Assembly (NCBI GenBank): GCA_030141605.1
Contig: JAQGDQ010000010.1
Location: forward strand, 1,505,729 to 1,569,728
Reading direction: 5' to 3'
Length of the DNA: 64,000 nt
Source of the DNA: Tubiluchus corallicola
Lineage: Eukaryota; Animalia; Priapulida
Part shown: in pieces, positions 1-13,690 of the stretch
Position numbering within the stretch: the first letter of the stretch is position 1
Layout: every line of letters starts with the position of its first letter
Notes under the pieces: generated by a model
Told to the model about the DNA's origin: nothing
What the model saw: the letters and a program-made list of their open reading frames with translations, nothing else
The model's database searches: none
Program-made: the position numbers and the translations under genes

Positions 1-2210
1 AATTTCAATATGAAGTTCTTTTTACTTGTTCATTTCCCTGAATTCATCTGAGATGTTACTCGCGTCTTGAATTGATATAACAAGATAAATTTATGTCACA
101 AAAAAGAGTCATATAATGCGTAATTTATGAAAAATGCTGCCAATACTACCGAAATATGACCACATTCAGAATTTATTATGATCATATAATGACGAAACCT
201 AGTCACGTTTTTACGTGTACAATGCCCTGCTTTGATGGAAGTTCAGTTTTATGTTTCTAGAGAGAAATGTGTGGACACGAAACGTTGCGTTAAGCTGTGT
301 AAAAAACATTTGCAAAACTATAAAAATGTATAGTAGTCATGTGAAGGCATAAAATAATATATGAAGTCGTGGGAAAATTCGAAACCGTGTAAAATGAGTA
401 TAAAAAAACTTGAAGACTTTTAAAAATGCATAAAAACGTTTGAATACCGATGGAACCGTGCAAAATGTCTGTATACTCGTGAAGCCTTTCCAAAATGTCT
501 GAAACATGGAGCCACCTGAAATCGTTTAAGCACATTGAAAGCTTTGCATAACTATAAAACAGCGCGTAGCCACCTTACATTCCGTGGAGTCTTATAAAAT
601 GTCTAAAATAGTGTAAAAAGAAACCAACCTACGTAATGACGCACGAAGTAATACAGTAGTTTTATGGATATGAAAATGACCTGTATGGAGTAACAAAAAC
701 TATAAGGATTAAAGACCTATAAGTTGCGGACAATGACAGCACGTCACTTATAGTCTAACAAACATCATAAAAACATTGGAGAGCCACGTGGATGCAGCTG
801 TAAGATTGGTGCTGCATAACCTTTGGTGAAGCCGAGGCTAGTAGCTTGTAGTTTAGTTAGTAGGCTTCTGTTTGCAGGCTTGCAGAGGTGTGCGATGCGT
901 CTAGTGCTCTTGCCAACCATGAGCATTAGTGACAGCCCAGTGCGTCACTGTTGTACAGCCTCTCCACAACCAAGAATCCTGTGTAACCTCCACGAAGTGC
1001 GAGGTGGCAGTTACCCTCTCAAGAAGATAGGCTAATCAACAAGGGATCTCGGAGCAGTACGGAGACTTAGAGGTGCTGTTTTAAGGACCCACTGACGTGT
1101 GGAATGTTCCTGTCACACACCAATCTGTATCCGAACTAAGAATAAATGGTTCCTTTTCCTGGAAAGGACACCATCCTTCCAGGGTCCAAAATCACATGTC
1201 TTGGGTCAATCTTCACTATCAGCACATACTCGGGAGGTCCTAAGTGCGTGCGGGTAGGATTTGCAGACCCCAGTAATGGTGGTACCCTAATCACAGCTCA
1301 ATGCATGTCCCCTTCTTATTAAGTACTGCAGCGACAAAGTTGTTTCGTGTACATAAATAACGTATTTCTTGTAAATAACGTGTTCTTGTATGTGGGCTTG
1401 CCAGTAGTTGTGTGCCCTGCCCTGTTTTTATTGTAATTTCATTAGTATTATCGTATTCTAATGTGTAGGCCTGTGTACACATTACATAGTTTTTATGCGA
1501 ATTCTAGTCTGAAATAGAAGTGTAAATTGAATAGAATAGAGCTGTAAGAAGATGTGCAGAAAATAGAGGCATCTTAAATCGTGTGCAGATATTTAAAGCG
1601 GTGCTGAGTTGTGGTAAATGCTTGAACTGAAGTCAAGTTGGTCCGCAATAAAAACATTGTTCCTAAATGGCCTAACTGTACTTAAGCATTATAGTGTTAT
1701 GCCTTATGTATAGCATTACATACTGTTACCTATTAACCATAGAATTATAGGCCTAAATGAATAAATTCCTTTTTTCACTGGGGCTCAAATTCACAACGAA
1801 ACTAGTCAAACGTATTTTACACTTGGCCGACACAGTTCAATTTATTATGTAAGAGAGCCTAACACTGATCTGTTATTAATTTTTAGGCGCTACTGTGAGC
1901 ATGCGATGCGGAAAATTCAATTTCTGCTCAAGAAAAACAATCCGATTTATTATTTCGTGCTGCACGCCTCAAAGAGAGCATGTTTCGTGACATTCGCAGG
2001 CGATAATTGGCATTCGGTCTCCGTCCCATGCAGTCGCAAGTTTTTTGTCATTTGGCTGCTTTATTGCTCAAAGCTGAAATCGTTCGTTGCGAATCAAAGT
2101 CACTGAAGTTTATGTGGAATCGTTCGTGACAGTAAACTAATTACCAGTAACAGCGGGAAGACAGGAAAACTGACAAAACATTCGTTCACATTTTGAAGCA
2201 TACGGGGTTT

Positions 2211-2450
2211 TCAAGTTTAAGTTTAAGTTTAAGTTTATTACACACCATATGAAAAGTTAACAATATGCATTAAAATATATACATATACATACAAAACATA
2301 TGCATCATATAAAAACATGCAATACACATAAGCATTAACATAATACTGAGAAGCCGCGTGGGAGAGACATAAAGAGCAAACGCTTCTTACATGTGCCTGT
2401 TAAGACTAGGAAAGCATTTAGACGACATAATTTAATTTCCGTTTAAAAGG
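2211..2450 (-). mobile_element. Short 3' tail fragment of a LINE
   Basis: Minus strand reads FKRKL (typical ORF2 end), a T-rich UTR, then AATAAA followed by a (CTTAAA)n tail. Confidence 0.55.
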
Positions 2451-4051
2451 GTTTTTGTCCGACTAGATGTAGCTAAAGTAAAAAAGTGGTCTCTATCTAT
2501 ATCTATGTCTTTATGCATGATTTGTTAACACAGTATTAAATCGTTCTTTAACCTTCTTTCCTCTAATGATCTAATGATCTAAGAATTAAAAAGTTCAGTT
2601 GTAACGGATATGGCACATAATAAATGTTACATCTATAATACAAACGCCTGGTAAAATACATTTGAACTGATTCAATTTTATCAACATTAGTCAGCACTTA
2701 CCCTGTCGAATGTCAGTATAGTTTTCGGTTGTGATCACCGTTTTGAAGTATACATTTGGGCAACCAGTGCACAGAGGTATAAAGAGAGTTTCATGCCTAT
2801 TCTGCCTCTTTGCAAAACACATTATTGTTGATTATCATCACGCAGAAATAGCATATCATATTATGTGTCCTAATTGGCTAATTATGTAATTCATCTGATC
2901 CTATTTGTTGTTAGGCTCTCCAATAAATGAAGCAGGTGCGATCAGTAGAAAATGACTATGGCTCCAATGATGGTATATTATTTCTTTTTTTCCTGAATGT
3001 ATGGGTATTACGCATTTACTGAGCGTCCACGCGAATGTTTCGGTAAACGCTTACCTTTTTGGGGCCCGAACAAAAAGCTAGCGAACTAGTTTTACATAAT
3101 TTTATAATGTAATTTAAATTTATATATATGATATACACTCATGTATGTACGTGAGATGTATCACAAATATTCTCAACCAAAGCCAAGAGTTTGTGATTTG
3201 TGCGCTTACTCAAGTAATATAAAGCTTGGTTACAAATAGGCAATGGGTTGTTATATTTATTTCATTCTGCCTAAATGTATACAGGCAAAAAAGACATTAG
3301 TTGGAATAAAATTTCCACAATAAATTACCTAAATTATCTAAACTATAGGAAAAAAGAATTGTCTTACAGGGCAAATTGTCATTTGTAGCAAAATTTTCTA
3401 GTACATAACACGAGTCATTAACGTTTTTTTAGTTTGGCAGGCGCTTGCCAAAATATTCTTTTGAGAATTCGGTAAAAGAATATAGACCATATATCTATAT
3501 AGAAACATGGTTCGAAATAAACTCATTTGATTACAAGCAATATTTCGGGAGAAATTTCTCAAGTTTTAGCTAAAATACGTTCTGCTAGACAATACGATAT
3601 AAAAACTACAAAATGGCAATACAATTGGCGAATAACAAACACAATTTAAGAAAAATTCTCTTCTGTTGTGAGAAGATGTGAATAACGGACAGTCATGTTA
3701 ACTAGAATTCCCTTTCCTGCCTATTTTACCTGCATTTTTGCTATTTGCTGTAACTGGGTGGTTCGATTTCAGTTTGTCCGTACTTACATACCGAGCTTTT
3801 AGCCAAAAGCAGCCAATTTAAAAGTGCCATTTGGCTGACAAATATTTGTTTATTCAAGGACGTTTTCTTGAACGTTCGGATCGACTTCATCAGTGGCAGT
3901 GCTGAAACATTATAATTTAATACCAATAATCATTGTCATAATACATTTACGTTTCGCAAAACTGCAGCTTGTGAAGCCACTGACGTCGAAAAATGCCCTT
4001 GAATAAAGAAAAAAAACAAAAACAAAAAGCTGCCTGCCCAAGTGCCCGCCT

Positions 4052-4106
4052 ACCTCTCACTTAGTTACTTTCTTGATTGCTTGCCTGCTTACTTTCTTAC
4101 TGCTCG

Positions 4107-4144
<38 letters not shown>

Positions 4145-4421
4145 ACCTACCTACCTACCTACCTACCTACCTACCTACCTACCTACCTACCTACCTACCT
4201 TACTTACCTACCTACCTACCTACCTACCCTACCCTACCCTACCCTACCTACCTACCTACCTACATACCTACCTACCTACCTACCTACCTACCTACCTACC
4301 TACCTACCTACCTACCTACCTACCTACCTACCTACCTACTTACTTACTTACCTACCTACCTACCTGCCTGCCTGCCCGCCCGCTCGCCCAAACCACCCGC
4401 CCGCCCAACCAAGCCAACCTG

Positions 4422-4516
<95 letters not shown>

Positions 4517-4563
4517 CTTGCTTGCTTACTTGCTTATTTGCTTGCTTGCTTGCTTACTTACTT
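4052..4563. repeat. Compound tetranucleotide microsatellite (TTAC)n-(CTAC)n-(TTAC)n
   Basis: Directly visible. Confidence 0.97.
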
Positions 4564-4914
4564 GATGCGCTTCTACTCAAGTGCAAACAGCAATGTTCTC
4601 TCAGAAAGAAGCCAAGTGCCTTGTGTTAAAAACTGTCCTCAATGCAAGAAGCATCAACTTTTCAGGAAGAGCCGTTTGTTTGAAGAGCAAGCGGCTAACC
4701 AAGTAAATGACCAAGGTAATTGGTTTAACACAAAACGTGCGATAAACGTCCGAGAAAAATGCGCTCTTCACATTTGCGCAAAAAGGCAAGACGATTCGGC
4801 TTACAACTAATGATTGCTTACAAATGAAACCTACATTTTGTAAGTTTAATTGTCTATTTATTTGGTCACTTATTCCTTTCATTTGCTGCATTTATGTCTG
4901 CTTACATGAATGTT

Positions 4915-5400
4915 GATTTGTTATTTGGTTGAACATTTTCTTATTTGTTTAGCTGGTTGAGTTTTTTTTGTTCAATGGGTGATTGGTTGTTAGGTTAATT
5001 AGTTTAATTAGTTGGTTGGTTGGTTGATTGATTTGTTAATAGGTTGTTGGTTGATTCATTGGTTTGCTGATTGGGTAGTGGGCGGGGTGGTAGGTTTATT
5101 AGCCAGTTGGTTTCTTGGTTAATTAGTTGATTTGTTGTTTGATTAGCCGTGTGCTGCCTAGTTTTAGTAAGTTGTTTGGTTGTTTTGTTGGTTTTATTTG
5201 GTTGTTTTGTTGGTTTTATTTGTTTGCTTGATGGTGGTTTTCGTTTGTTTGGTTGTTGGCGGTTGTTGACTGGCTAGCTGGTTGATTAGATAGTTGGTTG
5301 GCTTGTTAGCTGATTGGCTGGATTGTTAGTTGGTTAGTTTGTTGATTGGTTGGTTGATCGTTTTTTTGGTTCGGTCCTAGCTGATTGTCTCGTTCGATTT
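4915..5400. repeat. Degenerate (TTGG/TTGA/TTAG)n low-complexity tract
   Basis: GT-rich tetramer periodicity. Confidence 0.75.
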
Positions 5401-7591
5401 GTTCAATTAACAATTTTTTGTGAAAAAACATTTGACAGTTACATAATCATACCCAAATAAAGTTGTGCAAAAGAAGGATAAATATAAAACAAATTTTAAT
5501 TTTTAAAATATAATTTTGGGAAAAATCCCAGAAAGAAAAGCTCATCTTTAACCTATTTTTGCTTTATGTTTAGAGTTATCACGTATTTTTTTACAATCTT
5601 CACCACATTAACGTAAAGCACAATAAATAAAATAAACGAGGTTGAGGCGCCTATATAATATGGATCAGTATCAAGATTACATTTTATTATCGTACATAAA
5701 AACAGCGTCTGATCATCCCAAATTTTCCATGTGGCTTTTTGAGCGTTGATATTTTATATGTTTATAGTTCTATACTACCTCATGGGCCAGTCAGGTACTC
5801 CCACGCATTTAGTTTATTTTTTGCTCTTACAACAAATTTTTAAAATGTAAGCATTTTATTTGCTTCACTATTATCTGTGTGCATGTAATGTCTATATGAA
5901 TAACAAATATGCCCTAAATACCAACTGGCTTTTGCGTAATGTCAATCAAGTTAACGCTGACTTTAACAAAACACAGTTCTGCGTTCGACGTCCAGTGTAA
6001 AGTTTTTGCAACATCAAAACTTGTAATTTTTATTCACACTTAATAACAAGTAACGAAATGGATGTCGCAAGCCTTAAAGAATTTGTTTTTACTGCTACTC
6101 TTCGGAACTAAAATGTGCAAGTACAGGTGACAGTTTTTTGTTTCTTTTAAATCAAGTCTAGAAACCCATTTGAATATATGGGACATTTTGCCTGAAATAA
6201 AAAGTACAAATAGAAAAGGAAAACGCTACTTCATTTCAGGTTTCTCATAGATGTGCTTTGGCCCTAAAGTGAAAATACTAGGTCTATTGTAATTGCCAGT
6301 TGCTAATTTAAGCCAAACGCAGCAATTTGCTGGAATGCAGCAGTGCTTATGCATTTGTGTGAAGGATAAGAAGCTAAAAGTCACCATTAGTCACCATTAG
6401 TAAGCGAACGTTGCATTTAATTAGTGCTTCAAGAAAGACGGGTCGTTAATATTGCACAATTCCTAACAGCAATACAGTAGTTTAAATGCTTCGCAACTAA
6501 ACTTATCTGTGTGACTCGACTACTTATCGGCATGTCAAAATGCCAGACGATATTTTGCCCTTTTATGGAAAAACTTTACTACATGATTGCAAAAATATTG
6601 CATTCTTAACTTGCAGTTTTGCAATAAAAATTTGAAGCTATATTGAATATTCCGCTGTAGCAATGAGCGTTCTCTTTTGTGATATTTAATTTGTTTCGGC
6701 TGGGGGGAAATGAAAGGCAAAGTATTACACTTCCTCGATTATTTTCCTCCTGATTTTAATTTCGTAGTTGCACTGTAATTTCGTAAACCAAAAATTTAGA
6801 TTTTTGTTTGTTGTGATGTTGCATCAGCTAATTAATCCATTTCTAAACAAGAACGCATTAAATCATATCCTCAATAATTTGTTTTTATTGTTTGATCAAA
6901 ACTGTCATCATTAGATGAGCAGAAACAAAATCATGAACAGATGAATAATTACTGAATCCGGTCTTTCTGTCTATTGGTAGACAACACTAACCATTACATC
7001 TCTGGGTTTGCGTACGTGTGCAGAAGTGTTAATTGTGAACCATTTATGTGAGGCATGCTCTCATATTGGGGGTGCTTCATGACCTTGGTGAGTTAGTTAC
7101 AAAGTGGCGCATTTTAGCCGTGATTATGCTGAAATGATCATAAATGTGGAGCAGTCAAGATTTTCGCCAGCTTCGATTATCTTCTGGCCCATGTATCGTA
7201 TTGTACCATAGGGCCAATGCGTTATTAAAACTCAATCTAAGGAAGCTCCAGAACAAGGCCTACATTCGGCTCCACAATGAAGCCAAACAACTTTGCACCA
7301 TATAATATGCTGCTGATAACTAGCACGAGGCAATTAGGAGTAGTAAGATTTCCATTATAATGGAAATTCCAGTGGTGAAGGCTCTTATAAGGTTCCGTCG
7401 AACACAGGCATCGCATGGAAGTTTCCTTGATTCAAGCTGTCGCTTGCGTTTACAATAATGAGCTTTTGCTCAAACCTTCTTTACAAAATAAGACGAAAAA
7501 CAATGGAAGTGATAAAGAAAGGCACAGATAAGATAACATCAGAAATTAAAACCGAAGAATAAAAAAGTGAGTTGAAAAACGATCCGAAGAG

Positions 7592-7738
7592 GTTTGCAAT
7601 TCCCCACAAAATTATAATACCCTAATCTTACCCCTAACCTTATCCTAACCCCAACCCAACCCTAACCCTATCCCGAAGCCTAACCCTAATCTTAAACCGC
7701 TTCACGAACTAATTTATTGCGTATATGGAATTGTAAAC
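7592..7738. repeat. Degenerate (CCCTAA)n array bracketed by 12-bp inverted repeats
   Basis: GTTTGCAATTCC (7592-7603) and GGAATTGTAAAC (7727-7738) flank CCCTAA-like units at 7619-7693. Confidence 0.6.
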
Positions 7739-10700
7739 TTTAAGCAAACTGTCCAGTGGAGGGAAAAAGAGAGAACGAGCAGTGCGTGAGAGAGAGAAAG
7801 AGAGAAATAGGAAAGATTGAAAGAGTCATTTTGGCCAGTTGTCGTGGAGAGTTGAAGACAATACGAGTACTGAACAATTTATTGGAAATTGCAGTCTTAT
7901 AGCAATTTTTGGATTAGAAAAACAATAGAAATAATTTCATACTGAAAACACCTTTGTTGTTTTATCAGTAATTACAAAACTACAAAGATGTTTGCAGAAA
8001 AAACATTTTACTTACCTTTTAGCTGACTGGCACGTTTTCCCGTCTTAGAGGCGGTGCAGAAATAGAATCTGGTGAAGAGTTAGCAATCTTACAATCGCGT
8101 TAACACTAAGTAAACTGATTTCGTCTCTAAACTAAACGTTTTTAATGAATCAATAATACGGTGCGCCGTTTTCACAGAAAATATCACTGCGGCAGAGCGG
8201 CACGCAACATTGTCAACAAATTAACCCGTTACCAAGTTCTAGGAGCAAAAATAAAATCTTGGTAATTCGGCAATTCTCCGCGTGTCTGAAACGATTTAGA
8301 AATTTTTAGCTGATGCGTAACAAATAAACGTCGCAAAAAAGTGGCAAACAGAACTCAATCACTTTTTAAAAATTTGAACAACTGATTTTACTTTATTAGA
8401 TAATTGTCATAACAGCGTCCTATTACAAAAGGCTCTTACAGTTGTTTTAAAATATTTCAAAATGATTTAGAATTTGTAGACTTGATGCAATTATTTTTCA
8501 ACAGCGTCCAAGCCTCGCACAAGTAGCCGCAGGGATCCCTGCCACGGTAGAGGAGAAACTTTATCTTCTGATCCTACATCCATCGCGTCTGCGCAACAGA
8601 GAATCTGAATCTAAGTAAAATATGGAGCTCTTATCAGAGAACCTATAATAATTTTACATCAGCGTAGAAGCTTTCCTTGCAATAAGGCATGAAGGCAATC
8701 CATAAATTTGCTCTTAGTATTAATACCACGTGTAAGGCACAATGTTAGTGGCAAAAATAACATGGAAAAATGCAGGCCCCCTGACCTGCGTAAGCAATCG
8801 CATATAACCTGTTTTAAGTTATCCAACTGACGACACAAATACTGGTGTTAGCTTATTGACAACTAGGTTCAGAGCTTGCGAATTTTTAGCAGTGACATAG
8901 AAGTAAGCTGGTGGAGTTATCTCGTCACTGGATAACTAAGTAACGCATTTACGAAACAGACTCATCTGTTTTCTGGAATGATAAGGTTTCACAACACGAT
9001 TTCAAAAAAAATTGTCTTGAAACACGAAACACCTGTTAATTCATCGCAAACTGACATGAGATTGGATTAAAACTGAGCAAAAAATTGCTTGTAATTGTTT
9101 TGTGAAAGTGAAAGGAGTTTCCTCGATTTTGCTCTGCTTCGTTTATGCAACATTTTAGTGATGTTATTTACTTGTCAACTTTTTGACACAGTATTACTAA
9201 TAACATTATACTGACATAGTCGGCTGCCATGAGTGGTATCTATAACTAAAATAGCGAAAACAATGAGGCAACTAAAACGAATTACTAGTGCCAGGTAGAC
9301 TGACAGGATGGACAGGTTTTTTTGGTTAATTGGCGACGTTTCGTTCCCTAGTCAACGTCAAAGGTGAAATGCGGTTCAAAAGTAAAAAGAGTTTGTTCAA
9401 CCATACTTGTGAAGCAATCAGCGACAGATGTACGACAGATTTTAATAGGGTATTGGGTGGCCTTGGATAGTCATTCAAAGGTCGAAGGTCATTCACAACT
9501 TAAAAAGTTTATTGACTAACAAAACTGAGAAAGCACCTGAATGTGTGAGTGCTACATGATTACAATTGGGATTACAATTCGAATCTTGGCTAGGCCAATA
9601 AAAACTGATAATCAACTTAACGAAACCACAACTAAAAAGGACTTAAAAGAAACAAATCCAAATTTTCCGGCGGAAAATCACTATCCAAATTTAGAACACC
9701 AAGTCTAGAACATCTGTGAAACAATACCAGTTGTATAGTAGGACGTATACGGAAGCATACGGAGTGTACTCACCTGCTCTGGGTGCTTGCAGTAATACTC
9801 ACCTAAAAATACAAGTATGCTCGCTTCGGTTAAGAGTATACACCCGTACACCCAAATAATAGTTTAAGATGTTAGTATGTGGGCTTTAAAGCCAACACGT
9901 CTGCTCAGCGGTCTGCTTGAGATGAAAAATGATGACAGTCAGAATGTGTTTTCCTTGGTTTTTAGTCATTTTAATATTTCGTGAACGTACGTTTTCATTA
10001 GCCTCACATTGACAGGAGTTGCGCCGCAAATATTATTAAGCTTATTTCATTGATGAAGCCCAGTGATTAGCAATGAAAACTCTAAAAAGCAAATCTGAGG
10101 ACAATATTATAAACTACTCGTCAATATTTTACTGATGTTACTAAATATTAAAAAAGTATGATGTTTATTTTTTAAAATTTAACTCAGTCTAATAAGGTCA
10201 AATTTTCCAGACAAATGAAAATCCATGTCTAGCTACAGTATACACGAATTACACTAGCACACTTGGTCAACAACTTCGGCAGGGGTGTTGCCTCCGTGGA
10301 TTACCAGGTCCGATCAACTCAAAGTTTTTAGACATCATACCAAACTACAAATTTATCATTACGGCGCTGATCCAGAAAACCTTGTACGCCATCTTAGCTT
10401 TAGGATCACATAATGTTTACCTGTGCTTGACCTCAAAAAGGAACATATAATGGTTCTATAAACACCCATTAACGTATTGATGTAAAAGTTGATTAAAACT
10501 GGCGTGTAGGTGAAGAAGTCGTCTTTAGCTGAAAAGCCTTTGAAACTTTGGAGAGTGATAGAAAAGATAGACTGAATTAGCAGAGTATCACTTATCATCA
10601 TTAGTCCTCGTCAACTTCGCCGAATAAGACAAAGCCTATCCTAAAGTTGAACTTTGGACTTTCGAAGATTTTAATACCAAACCATTAACATTTTTTAAAC

Positions 10701-10740
10701 AGCTTTCAGTCTAGATATATGTGAATAAGATGTCACTAAT

Positions 10741-10870
10741 AGTCATCATCGTCGTCATCGTCGTCATCATCATAATCGCACTTTTTTCGTCATTGTCATT
10801 ATCATCATCATCGTCGTAGACGTCATCGTCATCATCATTATCAACAACAACAACAACATCACCATTATAA
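10741..10870. repeat. (CAT/CGT/CAA)n trinucleotide tract
   Basis: Directly visible. Confidence 0.8.
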
Positions 10871-11324
10871 CATTAGCGCAGAAGTAGTCATAGTCAACAT
10901 AGAAGAGGCTGTTTTTATTATTTCACATGTTATCGTCATCAACACAGTCGCCTTAATTAGCACCGTCGTTGATGATAATCATGTGCAGCTCTCTTATTTT
11001 TACAAGTTTAAAGATCAAGAACATCAAGTTATCAATTGCGATCTAAAGCTTTGTAAAATGATAGGCTGTCAGGATGATAGGAGGCGGGAATTTGCTTATT
11101 GGATATGCCAGTTCACTGGGAATTACAGACATCAGACCCAGCTCAGACACTTTGCAATTCATGTAATACTATCACTGTCTAGCCCACTTATAGGTTTAAA
11201 TGGGTTACTGGAACAATTAGTTTTATCTTACACATAGTTTACGAGTACATGGCTTCACAAGCTAACATAGCATGATTAAGTACAGTGAACATAACAAAAT
11301 AATGTGATTTGCGAAAAGGAGAGA

Positions 11325-11325
<1 letters not shown>

Positions 11326-11376
<51 letters not shown>

Positions 11377-11395
11377 GAAGGAAGGAAGGAAGGAA

Positions 11396-11489
<94 letters not shown>

Positions 11490-11680
11490 ATGAATGAATG
11501 AATGAGGGCATAAATGAATGAAAGTAAGAAAGAAGAAAAGAAAGAAAGAAAGAAACAAACTAACTAATAAACAAACAAGCAAAGAAAGAAAGAAACGAAA
11601 AAGAAAAGAAACACAAATGAACGAGTGAAACAAGGAAAGAAAGAAAAAATAAAGAATAACAAAGGGAAAGGAGGAAAGAG
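11326..11680. repeat. (AAAG)n/(AAGG)n/(AATG)n microsatellite with a degenerate tail
   Basis: Directly visible. Confidence 0.95.
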
Positions 11681-13378
11681 AGCAATAATGGGGGCAGAGA
11701 GAAAGAAGCGGAGGAGGAAAGCCAATAAGAAAGCAAGAAAGAGATTTTGAAGAATATAGTTTGAACAAAATTTTAATATAACTTGCACCAGACGTTTAAT
11801 AATGCTGATTTCAAATCTCGAGAAATAATTAGCTGCTACCATAATTCTAGAAAGTCAAGAAAAGCGGAGCAAAACAGGTATCAAAGAAAGAATACAAAAA
11901 TGCCAGAATGATCTGCTGCAACGTCGGCTTTGTTGAAAGCAGTATGAAATCCAGGGATGTACGGAACTTATTAATTTCCGCTCGGGGATGTGCAAGTATT
12001 CAAAACGCAAAGTGATAGTGAAATTTTTGGAACTACATGTATGCGCGTCTTGATAAAAAATAATTATCACTCAAGTAAGCTAGGAAAAACGGAAATGTCC
12101 GTGTAGAAAATAATCATGCTGTTTAACTGGGAGTTTGATTTGCTCGTTCTGTCACCCATTCGATCATCCACTCACACAGATCCTTATTTCCACGCTCACT
12201 AATAGTCACTCACTCGCATACCCACTCGTTCATTATCACAAAGTCACTCACTCACATATGCATTTGTTCATTATCACAAAGTCTCTCACTTACATACCCA
12301 TCCCTTCTTCATAGCAGAGTCAGTCACTCACTCGTTTGGTCGTTTGCTTACTAGCCTATTCACTCATTTTCTTTAAGAATGTAAGTTTAGAACTAATACT
12401 GTTTTTTAACCTACTACCTATGTGCAGCAACCTTTCTGTCTTACATCTCGTATGAAGTGGCACTAAAGGCTTTTACAAAAAAATTTACAATTTCTAATTT
12501 TTTTGTCGCTATTCACATGTCTATAAACATCACAAATCAAATGCTTGATAATCGGTTCTTTTGTCATTGCACTTAGCTTAGCATGCAAGCGCAGCAGTAA
12601 TAAATAATTCCTTCCTCAAATAACGCACTTTTTATAAAAAAAATAGAAGATGGGAAATGTACACTTCGTTGAGAAATCTTTATACAAGCCCGCGCTGGCA
12701 AAAAGAAGGGAAATCCGATACTCCCCAGCATCAGCTTTTTCAGAATGCCTTTTAATGAAATCGATACATCATATAATTATGTCTCATGAATTAGCTACCT
12801 TCTCGTTTTAAGTAGAATGTTCAACGCTGGTTATTGAGGCACGCAAACGAATTACATTTCATAAGAAATTCAAACTTCGCCTCATAACAATCGGTGGAGT
12901 AAAGCCGTTTCGTTCCATGCAACGTGATCGCTATACAAATATACACCTTTATTTTGCTTTGCGTCATCATTTATGTCATTCTTTCGTCATCCATGAATCT
13001 GCTTTTTTTATCTCAACGCGGAGAAAGGTAGGACTATTGTTGGTACCAACACCACTTGAAATGTCATAACCATAAAATTTGGAGTAAAATTTTAGATTGA
13101 TGCAATGATTGTGCAATAGAAACACTTGAGTCATGTTTCTAGAGATTTCACGCAGAGGAAGGTGAATGTGAACGGTCTCTTGGTGCAATGCTGTCATGTT
13201 ACTAGCCTGTAGTTGTGCTTTTTTGCTTGTCAGGCAGTAGATTTAACTGGGGCTGTTGACTATATTATGATTTGGTGACTTCATATTAAATAAAATCTAA
13301 AGCTTTTTAGAAATTAAATTAAACTGTTTTTTCTAACTGAGGAATTTTGCAAAAATAATGTTTGGTGGTGTTAGTGGT

Positions 13379-13690
13379 TATCATCGTAGTAACATCAACA
13401 TATCATCTACATAATAATGACAGTCATCACTGTCGTGGTTGTTATAATTATTATCATGATCACTTGCCTCATCCTTGCCACCATCGTTGTCATTATCATC
13501 ACCAATAGTACCACAGCATTATCATGATCATTATAATCGCCATCGTCATCATCATTATCGTGATCATATCATCATCTTTGTTGTCATCGTCTTCGTCCTC
13601 ATCATGATCATCATCATCACAGTCACTGTCATTATTGTCATTATCTCGCCATGTTCGTTGCCACTGCCGTCATCGTCATCCTCATTATCG
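13379..13690. repeat. Degenerate (CAT)n tract
   Basis: Directly visible. Confidence 0.8.

Noticed and set aside
4042-4810. Long ORFs of 162-245 aa (LPTY/LLTY repeats)
   Set aside because: Translations of a stop-free tetranucleotide microsatellite, open in all three frames.
2690-9830. Isolated strong minus-strand splice donors (~2700, ~8016, ~9773, ~9803)
   Set aside because: No recognisable, phase-consistent coding exons could be attached. A non-coding or UTR exon cannot be excluded.
11239-11842. KERK-rich and FLSF-rich ORFs
   Set aside because: Artefacts of the (AAAG)n repeat.
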